Below, piece after piece: positions 39,363-49,114 of a stretch of 64,000 nt of DNA. Position numbers and translations under genes: made by a program. Position 1 is the stretch's first letter. Each line of letters begins with the position of its first letter. The stretch is from an uncultured Fibrobacterota bacterium (lineage in GTDB: Bacteria; Fibrobacterota; Chitinivibrionia; Chitinivibrionales; FEN-1185), in NCBI GenBank assembly GCA_963729895.1, contig CAVSQB010000005.1, forward strand, positions 256,001 to 320,000, in the 5' to 3' direction. The notes beneath the pieces are model-generated. The model was not told the DNA's origin. It ran no database searches and was given only the letters and a program-made list of their open reading frames with translations.

Positions 39363-40076
39363 CTAGCGGAGAAGAAAGCCCCTGAATTCGTGGAGGTCCG
39401 GTTCCGGCACTCCGCATGATTTCAGGTATCCGTCGATGGTCCCGAACGTTGCGGCGATTTCGTTGAACACGGCCTGCACGTAGCTCTCGTGCGCGGTGAA
39501 CGCGGCTTCAAAATTGTCGGTGGACACAAACCCAAGTGAGACGGCCCGCAGGACGCGGGCCATGGTCTGGACTCTGGGGACCGAATAGCCGGCCGAGAGA
39601 AGGTAATCGCGGATAATGACGTTTTTGTCAACCCCGAGGGAAAGCAGCATGAGGGCGCATACGAATCCGGTGCGGTCCTGGCCGGCGCGGCAGTGAATGA
39701 GCAGCGGGTAGTTATGAGGTGCTGCGAGGATGACAAACAGGCGTCGTACCGTCACCATTTCGTCCTTAACGAGCCCCGCATACACCGACGCCACGATGGA
39801 GGAAATCCTCTCGCGGGTGTTTTTGCGGTAGAGGACCGGCTGAACCTTCTGGCGGTATTTTGCCTCCAGCTCGATGGGGAGGCACACCGTGTTCACGCCT
39901 TCGCCGATGACCTTGCACTTTGCGGATTCTTTGGCCGAACGCAGATCGACAACGGTCCGTATGCCGAGGGAAAGCACGCTCTGGATCTCTCCTTTTGTCA
40001 TTGCACCGAGCTGGCCGGACCGGAAGAGAAGGCCGGACCGTATCTTTTTTCCGTCCAGGGCAAGATGCCCGCCTAG
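39363..40076 (-). pseudogene. Tyrosine/lipid phosphatase (Y_phosphatase3-like), 5' end lost at IS5 copy 2
   Basis: HCRAGQDRTG CX5R motif, VVDLRS, DYLLS; frame runs LGGHLALDGKKIRSGLLFRSGQL up to the IS CTAG; the family NxRD before LGG is absent. Confidence 0.75.
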
Positions 40077-41388
40077 CAGGGTGTTGAAAAAGTCTCCCTT
40101 TTGTAAACATTTATCCTTATATTATAGGGGAACCCCAACCAAGGAGTATTGATGAGAGGTTCCCAGCCAGCCCAAGGCGGTATGTTCAGCTTCGTTTCTC
40201 CGGATTCCCGAGTGCCGGCAACGCACCCGCTTCGTCGTGTCAAACAGTTTACGGACATAGCGCTGCGCCGCCTTTCTCGTGACTTTGAGGCGATGTACAG
40301 CCGGATGGGACGCCCTTCGATACCGCCGGAATGGCTTTTGAAAGCACAGATATTGATGGCTTTGTTTTCGATACGGTCGGACCGGTTGTTTTGCGAGATG
40401 CTGGACTATAACATTCTGTTCCGATGGTTTCTTGACATGGATCTGGATGCGGCATCGTTTGATCATAGTGTGTTTTCGAAGAACCGAGATCGACTTATGG
40501 AACAGGAGATTGCGCACCGGCTGATGCAGGAAATCGTGCGTCTTGCTCGTTCCGAAGAGTTGTTGTCCGATGAGCATTTCACGGTTGACGGCACGTTGAT
40601 TGAAGCCTGGGCATCGATGAAGAGCTTCAAGCGAAAAGACGCGGAATCGGCGAACAAGACTGACGATGATCGGAGTAATCCGTCGGTTGATTTCCACCAT
40701 GAGAAGCGAAGCAATGAGACACATCAGAGTTCGACCGATCCAGAGGCGCTGTTGGCTCGGAAGAACAAGAGAACGGGAGCGCAGCTGGCGTATTCCGGTC
40801 ACGTGCTGATGGAAAACCGAAATGGGTTGTGTGTTGATATCGCCATTGCGCCAGCGACGGGGACAGCGGAACGGGATATGGCGCTTGAGCTGATAAAGCA
40901 TGAACGCAGGCGCGGAAAACGCCGGATGAAGACGGTGGGTGCAGACAAAGGGTATCATGCAACCGAATTTATCAAGAGCCTGCGACGCCTGCACGTGAAG
41001 CCTCACATTGCCGAGAAGGCCAACACTTCGCTTAAAGGGTTGGATGGAAGAACGACTCGGCATAAGGGATACAGCGTAAGTCAAAGGAAACGAAAACGGG
41101 TTGAAGAGATATTTGGGTGGATCAAGAGCGTCGGTGGCCTGCGGAAAACTCGGGTAAGAGGAATACGAATCAACCAGACTGTTGCCTACGTGGTTGCCGC
41201 AGCGTACAACTTGATACGCATGGTTAAGTTGATGCCGCAAACGGTGGGGGCAGCATGAGAATGGCCTGGGAATCCGGGGAAATGCCTCGGAACGAGGCAG
41301 GTAAAACCTCTCTGACATATGTAAAGTTGAAGTTAGGTTCATAAAAAATCAACAAGAGCGCTTCTGTTAGGACTATTTCAACAACCTG
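40077..41388 (+). mobile_element. IS5-family insertion sequence, copy 2 (1312 bp)
   Basis: Same sense and antisense ORF translations as copy 1; CTAG at 40073-40076 and 41389-41392; right IR ends caacaacctg versus caacaccctg in copy 1. Confidence 0.95.
40149..41258 (+). CDS. IS5-family DDE transposase
   Basis: Same 369 aa as 32204-33313. Confidence 0.95.
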   Translation: MMRGSQPAQGGMFSFVSPDSRVPATHPLRRVKQFTDIALRRLSRDFEAMYSRMGRPSIPPEWLLKAQILMALFSIRSDRLFCEMLDYNILFRWFLDMDLDAASFDHSVFSKNRDRLMEQEIAHRLMQEIVRLARSEELLSDEHFTVDGTLIEAWASMKSFKRKDAESANKTDDDRSNPSVDFHHEKRSNETHQSSTDPEALLARKNKRTGAQLAYSGHVLMENRNGLCVDIAIAPATGTAERDMALELIKHERRRGKRRMKTVGADKGYHATEFIKSLRRLHVKPHIAEKANTSLKGLDGRTTRHKGYSVSQRKRKRVEEIFGWIKSVGGLRKTRVRGIRINQTVAYVVAAAYNLIRMVKLMPQTVGAA

Positions 41389-41440
41389 CTAGGGCGCCCT
41401 GCCGCGTTGCGGCGGTAGCTAAATCAATCTAATGCAATTT

Positions 41441-41895
41441 TGGTTTTGCTGAGCGGGTGCGGCGTGGATGTACCCGTGGCAATATAAATGTAATGATCTG
41501 GGTGCCCCGCCGCGTTGCGTCGTCGGCTCTTCCTACAGGCTCGGCCCGTGGCCTCGGTGCTGGTCCGCCCTATGCCTACGGCCGGGTCGGCCGGCACTGC
41601 GCTGTAGCGCACCTTGCGGTCGCGCCTGGCGCTGGGCAGAAGATCGTTGCCACAATTGTCAAGCTGCATGCGTTCAATGCCGCCATGCAGCATTGTCTCG
41701 CTAACCCGGATACAGCCTTGGCCTTCACAACTGCACCTCGTGGGTGCCCCACAGCAGAGGATTGGATTCCAGCACCCAATTCCACTCTGGGGTCACCTGG
41801 CTCGGCTATCCAAATACTCTTCTTGATGTTCTTCAAGGAATGTTGCTTTCGATTCTCGCAAATAAACTCTCTTGGGGCACCCAGACTGCTATCCA
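41441..41895 (+). repeat. Modular intergenic element copy (A-B-C2-D-A')
   Basis: ttgctgagcgggtgcggcg; ggatgtacccgtggcaa; ccacaattgtcaa; gcacctcgtgggtgcccca...tggggtcacc; gctatcca. Confidence 0.85.
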
Positions 41896-41935
41896 GCGGC
41901 ATATTGTTTTCTAATGACAGGTCACATGCAAGGAT

Positions 41936-42253
41936 TCAATTCAAAATCCAAACGCCGTTTTTGACAGGGAGCCACGTCGTATCCCTGGCGACCTCGCTGC
42001 CCGTATTGGCGCCGTACACAATATACTGCGCTTCCAGTGTTTCGGCTCTCACGCTGAGCGTTATGGTGTCCGGTCCGGAAAATGACGTGATGGTGTTAGG
42101 CCAGTCCGCCTTATACAATATGTCCCATTCTCCCGAGTCGTTCGCCACGGCATGATGTTCGATGGTGATGCCGAATGTATCGCTTGTGGTGGGGCTGCTG
42201 CAATTCGTGAATGCAAACCCGATAAAAACCAACGCGCACAAGAGCCTTCTCAT
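41936..42253 (-). CDS. Small lipoprotein
   Basis: Lipobox-like FTNC; RBS gggag. Confidence 0.75.
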   Translation of the reverse strand: MRRLLCALVFIGFAFTNCSSPTTSDTFGITIEHHAVANDSGEWDILYKADWPNTITSFSGPDTITLSVRAETLEAQYIVYGANTGSEVARDTTWLPVKNGVWILN

Positions 42254-42632
42254 AGCACTCCCTTCTTGAAACGGTCGGTTTGTTTGTCGGACGCTCGACC
42301 TTGCTGGAAAAAATAGTCTATGCAGGTACCGTCCGGGGCGGCGGCGGCACGTGGCTTGTGTTGAGCGGCCATGCGCGCTTTGCCCTTCTATTTCTTTTCT
42401 TGTATTTCACCCTTCGCACGTTGGGCCGGCATGCACTGATGCAGTCGGGGACCGAATGACGAGACAACAAAGATCGAACTAGGGAAAGAATTTCGGTATT
42501 ATTCCAGAATTACCTTGGCGGAATATTGGGAAGAAGATCCTGCCCGCGCTCAAATAGTGAACTTCTTCAAGGCAATGAAGATGGTGCGTTGCAATGCGAG
42601 AATGCAATTCGGCTAGAGCCAAATTTACTTCT

Positions 42633-42936
42633 AGTTTGCTGAGCGTGTGCGGCGAGGTACCTTCAGAGGCGAGACCGAAACGCCGGCTGCGCGCACACTA
42701 GAAACACCCGCTTAACAAAATCAAAGACCAAATACCCTGACGAAGTGTTCAGATGTATCTTCTCATCCGTGCAACTGCACCTCGTGGGTGCCCCACAACC
42801 GAGGGTTGGATTTTTGCCACCACTCAACCTATGGGGCCACCCGGCACTGCTATCCAATAGCAATTTATCTGTTATTGTTTCCGGCTCAGCTATAGGGATG
42901 CATTTGCATAGTAGATTCTCCCGGCACTCCTATCCG
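42633..42936 (+). repeat. Modular intergenic element copy (A-C1-D-A'x3)
   Basis: ttgctgagcgtgtgcggcg; gcgcgcacactagaaacacccg; D hairpin; ccggc(a/t)c motifs at 42841, 42881, 42921. Confidence 0.85.
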
Positions 42937-42944
42937 GAGGATTA

Positions 42945-44513
42945 TTAGTTTCCTTTCCAAAACATCTTCGCGGTCGAATGTGTTCCATTGTCGAATACGA
43001 TCAGGAAAGCTCCTGTGGAACAGCGGACCTGGGATACATCAACGAATCCCTCGCCCGCGGGCATTCTCCGCACAACGGGTGTAAGGTCGGCAACAAGCCT
43101 TCCATCCACCGAGTACAACTTCAACGACGATGCCTTGGGGTCGGATAGAGCAAGAGTCACTCCGGATGATCGAACCACTATTGTACCCGAAGACAAAGCC
43201 GGTGAACGAACGGACTTTTGCACGCCGACGGGCTGCCTGAACGGCCATATATTTACCGCCATATTCCAGGCTCCGCCGTCATAGGTGGTATAGTCCCCGT
43301 AAAGCCAGATCAGCTGAGCGTTGCCCCCCTCTTTGTGGCCGCGCGGCACGCACGGGCGGCAATTTTTCTTGGCGGAGCCCCGCGTTATCGCCGTGGTATC
43401 CCATGTTGTGCCGCTGTCGGTCGTGACCCATTTATCGAGTTCGGGTACAGATCCTATTTGACGCGCGAGATAAACGATGGATGGATTTTCGTGATCAAGA
43501 GTTATGCCGGAGGCAAATCCGTCCTGCCCTCCCATGTTCGTGCCGGCGTCGAGCAGGGTTTTCTTGAACCACGATGTCCCCGTCCATCGAATGTACATAT
43601 AGTTATGGTTGTTACCATCCGGGAATTGATCATATACTACTACAGGTCTCCCGAATGCATCAATCGCCACGTCCCACACGGATCCATTGCATTTAGAAAG
43701 ACCCGGATCCTGCATGGTATCGATGAGCGTATCCCAGATGGGAAGATGTGCCGTGTCGCTTATCCGTGTTCCGTTTGCCTGATAAAATACACCGGCTTTA
43801 TATTTCATATAATATGAAGGATAGCTGGCTTGTCGATTGCCGCGCTCGATAACCATGTGGACTTCGTCCTTGCCGTTGCTGGCATACTTGCAATAGGGCT
43901 TGGGTGTGCTGTCGGTGCTGTGGAAAAACACCCGTGCGTGCGTCCACGTAGTTCCCCAGTCGTCCGAGTACAGATAAGAGGGCAGCGTTTCAAGGCCGCG
44001 GATAAAGCAGTAGAGCCTGCTGCTGTCGCCTTCGGCGGAAAGCCACAGGAGGTTGGGATAACAGAACCCGGCGCCCGGGTCAGCATGGATCTGGATTTCA
44101 GGCCCGAACGACGAAACGTCCTCGGGGTTCGTGGCTATGTAGATGCTCAAAATTGCGCCGTCGTGCGCGGCTAAAGCAACCAGCAACCTGCCGTCGGGCC
44201 TCATGATAATACTCGGGTGCGCATGGTCGTCGAGATCATAGTTGAGGCGGATGACATGTGTGAGCGTGTCACCGGTCTCATGGTCGTAAGAGCCTACAGC
44301 GACTGTCCCTGTGTTGGAAAGCCAGCCCATGTAGGTGCGCTTATGCACTCCCTCGTAGTAAACCGCCTTGGGTTCGCCGTACCAGGTCCATACGCCGTTC
44401 GTGGTGATCTGGGAAAAGTTCGCACCGGAAGTGGGAAGAGTTTGCGCCCGCGCACAGAACACGACGATCAGGAGAGAAAGAAACAGAATCTTTGTCCCAC
44501 GGCCTTGCGCCAT
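42945..44513 (-). CDS. Secreted BNR-4 repeat (Asp-box propeller) protein with T9SS-like tail
   Basis: GVWTWY, DDHAHP, SDDWGTTW, TDSGTTW; tail YSVDGRLV. Confidence 0.85.
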   Translation of the reverse strand: MAQGRGTKILFLSLLIVVFCARAQTLPTSGANFSQITTNGVWTWYGEPKAVYYEGVHKRTYMGWLSNTGTVAVGSYDHETGDTLTHVIRLNYDLDDHAHPSIIMRPDGRLLVALAAHDGAILSIYIATNPEDVSSFGPEIQIHADPGAGFCYPNLLWLSAEGDSSRLYCFIRGLETLPSYLYSDDWGTTWTHARVFFHSTDSTPKPYCKYASNGKDEVHMVIERGNRQASYPSYYMKYKAGVFYQANGTRISDTAHLPIWDTLIDTMQDPGLSKCNGSVWDVAIDAFGRPVVVYDQFPDGNNHNYMYIRWTGTSWFKKTLLDAGTNMGGQDGFASGITLDHENPSIVYLARQIGSVPELDKWVTTDSGTTWDTTAITRGSAKKNCRPCVPRGHKEGGNAQLIWLYGDYTTYDGGAWNMAVNIWPFRQPVGVQKSVRSPALSSGTIVVRSSGVTLALSDPKASSLKLYSVDGRLVADLTPVVRRMPAGEGFVDVSQVRCSTGAFLIVFDNGTHSTAKMFWKGN

Positions 44514-44741
44514 AACATCCTCCTCGGTTATTTCAATGGGTTTTTAAGGGCTTCTTACCCGCGACCATGGTTCATGAAACGGTCCGCACTGAATTTGGGT
44601 GCCACTGCTTGACAACGTGTGTCCCTCAAGAAGCAATATACCTCCGTTTGAACAAAAAATCCAAACAATGGTAACGCTTTTGAGGGCTACGGACCGGTGT
44701 GTGTGACCCCCGGTTTTGTGGGCTTAGTCAAAATAATATTG

Positions 44742-44830
44742 TGGATTGCCGGGCGCGGGCTGCGTGGAGGTTCCCGTGGCAAGCCCGTGCTCTCGGTTGA
44801 GCGCACCCTAGAAACACCGGTTGCAGAATT
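44742..44830 (+). repeat. Left half only (A-B-C1) of modular intergenic element
   Basis: tggattgccgggcgcgggctgcgtggaggttcccgtggcaagcccg...gcgcaccctagaaacaccgg. Confidence 0.7.
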
Positions 44831-44927
44831 CTCAAGCGAACTAACCCGCTGCCTTTACAACCATTCAAATCGATCTTGACAATTGTGGATATTGCATTCC
44901 GCCAAATGCATGTGCGCATCAAATCGT

Positions 44928-45785
44928 TTACAACTGCAACATCCTGTCTGTTTTGAGACGCCGGGAGCGGGAGGAATGCCTGAGCCTGCGGAGCGCTTTT
45001 TGTTTGATCTGGCGGATGCGTTCGCGCGTGAGGTCGAACCGCTGGCCGATTTGCCCGAGGCTGAGTGCAGTTTGTCCGCCGATGCCGAAATAAAGCTTGA
45101 TGACCTCTTTTTCGCGGCACGTGAGGGTGTCGAGGGACTGATTAATCTCGTGCCTCAGCGAGATTTCCGTGACGCCGTCGCCGGGAAGCTCCTGGGTTTC
45201 GTACTGCAGAACGTCGAGGAGGTTGCCGTCTTCGCCTTGCCGGAGCGGGGCGTCGAGCGACAGGTGGGAATTGCCTATCCTCATGGTTTCACGGACTTCT
45301 TCTTCGCCGATCTTAAGCTCCCGAGCTATTTCGTCGACGGTAGGGGTTCGGCGATATTTCTGTTCAAGCTTGCGCTGCGCTTTGCCGATCTTGTGGATGG
45401 TGCCCGCGCGGTTGAGCGGCAGCCTGACAATACGCGATTGTTCCGCGAGCGCTTGCAGAATGGCCTGGCGTATCCACCACACCGCGTAGGAAATGAACTT
45501 AAAATTCTTCGTTTCGTCGAACCGCTTGGCGGCCCGGATGAGGCCGAGGTTTCCCTCGTGTATAAGATCGGAAAGGGGCAGGCCCTGGTTCTGATAATTG
45601 CGGGCCACCGAAACGGCGAACCTGAGGTTTGCCGTCACCAGTTTTTGGAGCGCTTTCCCGTCACCTGCATGGATACGCAGGGCCGTCTGCGCTTCCTCTT
45701 CCGCAGGAAGGGTTTTGTTCTTGCTGATTTCCTTGAAATAGAGGGCGAGGGAATTTTCTTCCGCAAGAAACTGGTTCTTTTTCAT
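44928..45785 (-). CDS. RNA polymerase sigma-70 factor, short RpoD/SigA-like (no region 1.1)
   Basis: ANLRFAVSVA, DLIHEGNLGL, KFISYAVWWIRQ, SLDAP, LTRERIRQIK; start ATG 45785. Confidence 0.93.
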   Translation of the reverse strand: MKKNQFLAEENSLALYFKEISKNKTLPAEEEAQTALRIHAGDGKALQKLVTANLRFAVSVARNYQNQGLPLSDLIHEGNLGLIRAAKRFDETKNFKFISYAVWWIRQAILQALAEQSRIVRLPLNRAGTIHKIGKAQRKLEQKYRRTPTVDEIARELKIGEEEVRETMRIGNSHLSLDAPLRQGEDGNLLDVLQYETQELPGDGVTEISLRHEINQSLDTLTCREKEVIKLYFGIGGQTALSLGQIGQRFDLTRERIRQIKQKALRRLRHSSRSRRLKTDRMLQL

Positions 45786-45847
45786 TGTGTCCGATCGGGC
45801 CGTGGTGCCGAAATGTGCTTTTACTCGATGAAGAGGAATGCAGTTGT

Positions 45848-46264
45848 TTACCCCTTGAGATGATCTCTCCAATTGGTGACTCTCTTTTCGGAACCGCATT
45901 TGTAACAAACCAAGGTCACCTCGTCGCTGACAAACCGTCTGATTGTTTGTCCTCCGGCCTGCGGACTATCGGTAAATGTCGCCTTGTAGTGTTCCGTCGT
46001 ACTGACTGACCTCTTGCATTTCGGGCATTTCAATAATCTGGAAGCGAGGGCCTCCAATAATGCAACGTCCGGACTGGTGCCCATGCCGGTGACGCCGAAG
46101 TTCTTAAATGTCGCCAATCGGAGGTCTTCGTTTTTTGACGCTTGATGGTACGTGGGGTTATCGGACAGCCAGGCTTTGGCCGAAGTATCAATAGGCAAGT
46201 CATTTGCGCGAAAAATCACACTCGCCTCGGGATCAACGGATAGGCAGGGATTCCCTGAGTTCAT
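45848..46264 (-). CDS. Hypothetical protein with CxxC...CxxC zinc ribbon
   Basis: RBS aaggaagg; CPKC and CYKC. Confidence 0.65.
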   Translation of the reverse strand: MNSGNPCLSVDPEASVIFRANDLPIDTSAKAWLSDNPTYHQASKNEDLRLATFKNFGVTGMGTSPDVALLEALASRLLKCPKCKRSVSTTEHYKATFTDSPQAGGQTIRRFVSDEVTLVCYKCGSEKRVTNWRDHLKG

Positions 46265-46346
46265 GAATTCCTTCCTTTACAACAATATATATGGGGCCGG
46301 GCGCACTCAACCTAATTGACGATGCAGCCACAATTGAATACGATTC

Positions 46347-46802
46347 TGGATTGCTGAGCCGGTGCGGCGTGGATGTACCCGTGGCAATATCGAGATAAGG
46401 ATATGGGCACCCCGCTGCTGCGCAACGGCGGCCGTCCTTCCACGCCACCCCTTCGGGTGCTTCCAAGGGTCGTCGGCCGTTCGGCCTCGGTACCGCCTGT
46501 CCCTGCCGCCTTCGGCTAGTGATCAGGCGGCACTGCGCTCTACGCACGTTTCAGTCCGGCCTGGCGCGGAGCAGAAGAACAATTCCACAATTGTCAACTT
46601 CACCTATGTGACAATGCATCCAAAGCGAATCAAACGCTCACTTGTACAGCGGCACCTCGTGGGTGCCCCACAACGCAAGATTGGATTCTCGCCGCAACTC
46701 CCACTCTGGGGACACCCGGCACAGCTATCCAGATGCATTGGACTTTAGAAATTCTATTCTCGCAAATAAACTAACTCGGGGGCGCCCCGCCCAGCCAAAC
46801 AG
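46347..46802 (+). repeat. Modular intergenic element copy (A-B-C2-D-A')
   Basis: tggattgctgagccggtgcggcg ... cccggcacagctatcca; TTCG-capped hairpins. Confidence 0.88.
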
Positions 46803-46839
46803 ATGCATTTATTTGCATTTTCCGAGGAGCAATACGCTT

Positions 46840-48519
46840 CTATCGCGTTACGCTAAACGTTTCAATTCCCTCACTATTAAGAAGCCCGGTGGACACATCA
46901 TAACAAAAGTACGGCATGGATCCGGAGATTGTGTTTGCTCCATCCCAAGTCCAGGTATACGGGCCGCGAGAACCAAACATAGTGCTGAGCGTGACAGTAA
47001 TTGCATCGCCGGTACGATGACCGGACGTTATTGTCCTGCCGTTGTCGGTGGAACCTGTGATATTTTGACTGGCATCCTCGTTGAGAGTTATTGTTAAAGA
47101 AATCGTTTGTGCATCGCAGCCGGTGTAAGGAGCGCCGGGCAGGTTCACCGTTCCAGACCACGTTCCGGTAACGCCCAGTGCCGGAGCGCTTCCGGTCTGC
47201 GTAATGGCAATGCTTGTATCGGCAACGGTTATCTGGCCGGATCTTTGAGCGGAGTCTGTATTCGCGAGAACGGAAAAACCGATGGTCCCGGGGCCGCTTC
47301 CGCTGGTGCCTGAGGTAACAACAATCCAGCCGCCGTTGCTTGCAGTTGCCGTCCACGCACAACCGTTCCCCGCTTTCACGGCAATGGTGCCGCTACCGCC
47401 ACCGGAATCAAAAGAGGTGCCTGAAGCAAGAATGGAATAAAAACATGCTTGTGCCGCGACGGTGATAGCTGTTTGTGTGGTAAGCGGCACGAGGCGGTAG
47501 AGCGTGTCTATCTCACTTCCGGTTGTTGCCCCAATAATGAGTTCGCGCACCAGATATTTAACGTCTGCGCTTGCCATGATCACGGCGGTTCCGGTGTCGC
47601 TGCCGGAACTGAATGTTGCAGATGCGTTTCCGCTCGCATCCGTCTGAATAACTGCCGGATTTACAGTTACTCCTGCCGGCCCTAACACTCCCCAGGTAAT
47701 CGGCTGTGAATTGACACCCAGACATCCGACCGTGACAAACGCATTGATTTTTGTGGAGCTGTTGGTGGAAATCGTGCTCAAGCCGGGCGTTAATGTTAAA
47801 GTTCCGATGCATTTCCCAGCATTCTCCAGTTCAATAATGCTGTCTACCGGTTGCCCGGCACACGATAAGAACTGTGCCGTTATTCTGCTCTCAAGGGCCT
47901 CGCAATCCTGATCGGTGCATTGAACAGCCAAGTCACTGCATGTGATCTTAACAAGACCATTTTTGCAGTCGGCAACTGCGCTGCGCTTGGCAAGTCCTCC
48001 CGGCCAATTTGTCAATGCTTCCGCTATATACCCTCCGGAGCGAACTACCGAGATAGAAAGCGAATCGTTTGTATTATCCACTAGTGCCGTTATACCCGAA
48101 TCGAGGGAATGTGTGTTGTTCGTCAAATCCACCGTATGAATGAGAGGAACATACGGCGTTGCGTACACCAGAGATTTAAATGCGAACGTAAGTGGTTTTG
48201 CAAATGTCAGGCCTGCCGGTTTAACGTCAAACCCGGCAACCGCCGGAAAATCCGCCACACCATAGTCGGCAAATACCGTCTGCATCGTCTGCAAATCAAG
48301 TTCCTCTACGGCAATGGTTGTATCGCTTAGTACGGCACCCGAAGGCACGGTGAGAAGGAACCCCGGTTCGATGGTATACGTTCCGCCTCCGGCCGAGATA
48401 TGGCAGTTGATGTAACCCAGTTGGTTTTCAATAGGCTGTAAAGATGTTTTTGTTTTGCTGCAATCATTGAGCAAAAAAATGAGGGCGAGTACTACGCAAT
48501 AAACTTTTCCATTTTTCAC
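46840..48519 (-). CDS. Lipoprotein with ZU5-like, Ig-like and BACON domains
   Basis: Signal with Cys; LTVPSGAV...PAGLTFAKP (ZU5-like); TDASGNASATF (Big_1-like); CAWTATAS..WI...RSGQITV (BACON). Confidence 0.8.
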   Translation of the reverse strand: MKNGKVYCVVLALIFLLNDCSKTKTSLQPIENQLGYINCHISAGGGTYTIEPGFLLTVPSGAVLSDTTIAVEELDLQTMQTVFADYGVADFPAVAGFDVKPAGLTFAKPLTFAFKSLVYATPYVPLIHTVDLTNNTHSLDSGITALVDNTNDSLSISVVRSGGYIAEALTNWPGGLAKRSAVADCKNGLVKITCSDLAVQCTDQDCEALESRITAQFLSCAGQPVDSIIELENAGKCIGTLTLTPGLSTISTNSSTKINAFVTVGCLGVNSQPITWGVLGPAGVTVNPAVIQTDASGNASATFSSGSDTGTAVIMASADVKYLVRELIIGATTGSEIDTLYRLVPLTTQTAITVAAQACFYSILASGTSFDSGGGSGTIAVKAGNGCAWTATASNGGWIVVTSGTSGSGPGTIGFSVLANTDSAQRSGQITVADTSIAITQTGSAPALGVTGTWSGTVNLPGAPYTGCDAQTISLTITLNEDASQNITGSTDNGRTITSGHRTGDAITVTLSTMFGSRGPYTWTWDGANTISGSMPYFCYDVSTGLLNSEGIETFSVTR

Positions 48520-48695
48520 GGATGCTCCTCGTTTTAAAACTTTTTTAAGGGCATATTCGCGCCTTTGCGGAATTACTTCCTCCAGTACTATACGAGTGCC
48601 GGGATTTGGATATTTTAACTAACTGTTCTCTAGCAGGAGCAGGCTCAATTTCAACAGACAGCGGCGCGTCTGCAACCCGCCAAGCCAACCGTCTT

Positions 48696-49074
48696 TGGAT
48701 TGCCGAGCGTGTGCGGCGATCAAAAATTAATGCGATTTTGGTTTGCTGAGCCGGTGTGGCGAATATCCAAATAATATTATTGATTGCTGAGCCGGTGCGG
48801 CGTAGGTGTACCCGTTGCAAGCCCGAACCACCCGCTGCGTGCACCGTAGCGGCACCCGATTACAAAATTCTCCCCGATCAAGACCTTGCCAAATAGCATC
48901 CGTGCAGCGACACTTCGTAGGTGCCCCACAACGCAAGATTGGATTCTCGCCGCAACTCCCACTATGGGGTCACCCGGCTCAGCCATCCAGATACTCTTCT
49001 TGATGTTCTTTCGGGAATGTTGCTTTCAATTCTCGCAAATAAACTTACTTTGGGGCACCCGGCACTGCTATCCA
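48696..49074 (+). repeat. Modular intergenic element copy (Ax3-B-C1-D-A')
   Basis: A motifs at 48696, 48739, 48780; ends cccggctcagccatcca and cccggcactgctatcca. Confidence 0.88.
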
Positions 49075-49114
49075 CATGCTTTGTGCTTGCATAGTGATGT
49101 TGCTTTTGAGGCGG

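Noticed and set aside
32132..41388. Composite transposon formed by the two direct IS5 copies carrying bioB and the TonB receptor
   Set aside because: Flanks of copy 1 rejoin into one continuous repeat and bioB belongs with the adjacent bio operon, so copy 1 inserted independently; shared CTAG only reflects target preference
44883..45863. 326-aa plus-strand ORF
   Set aside because: Antisense shadow of the sigma factor gene
48696..48802. CRISPR-like look of tandem 23-bp A motifs with ~20-30 nt spacers (also 59506-59625 and 63421-63490)
   Set aside because: Only 2-3 degenerate units per locus, spacers are AT-rich and similar between loci, and no cas genes are present
41424..48986. Short ORFs sharing ATGT.TPH.LS or HLVGAPQ peptides
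   Set aside because: They are translations of the repeat element; frame, start and length are not conserved between copies
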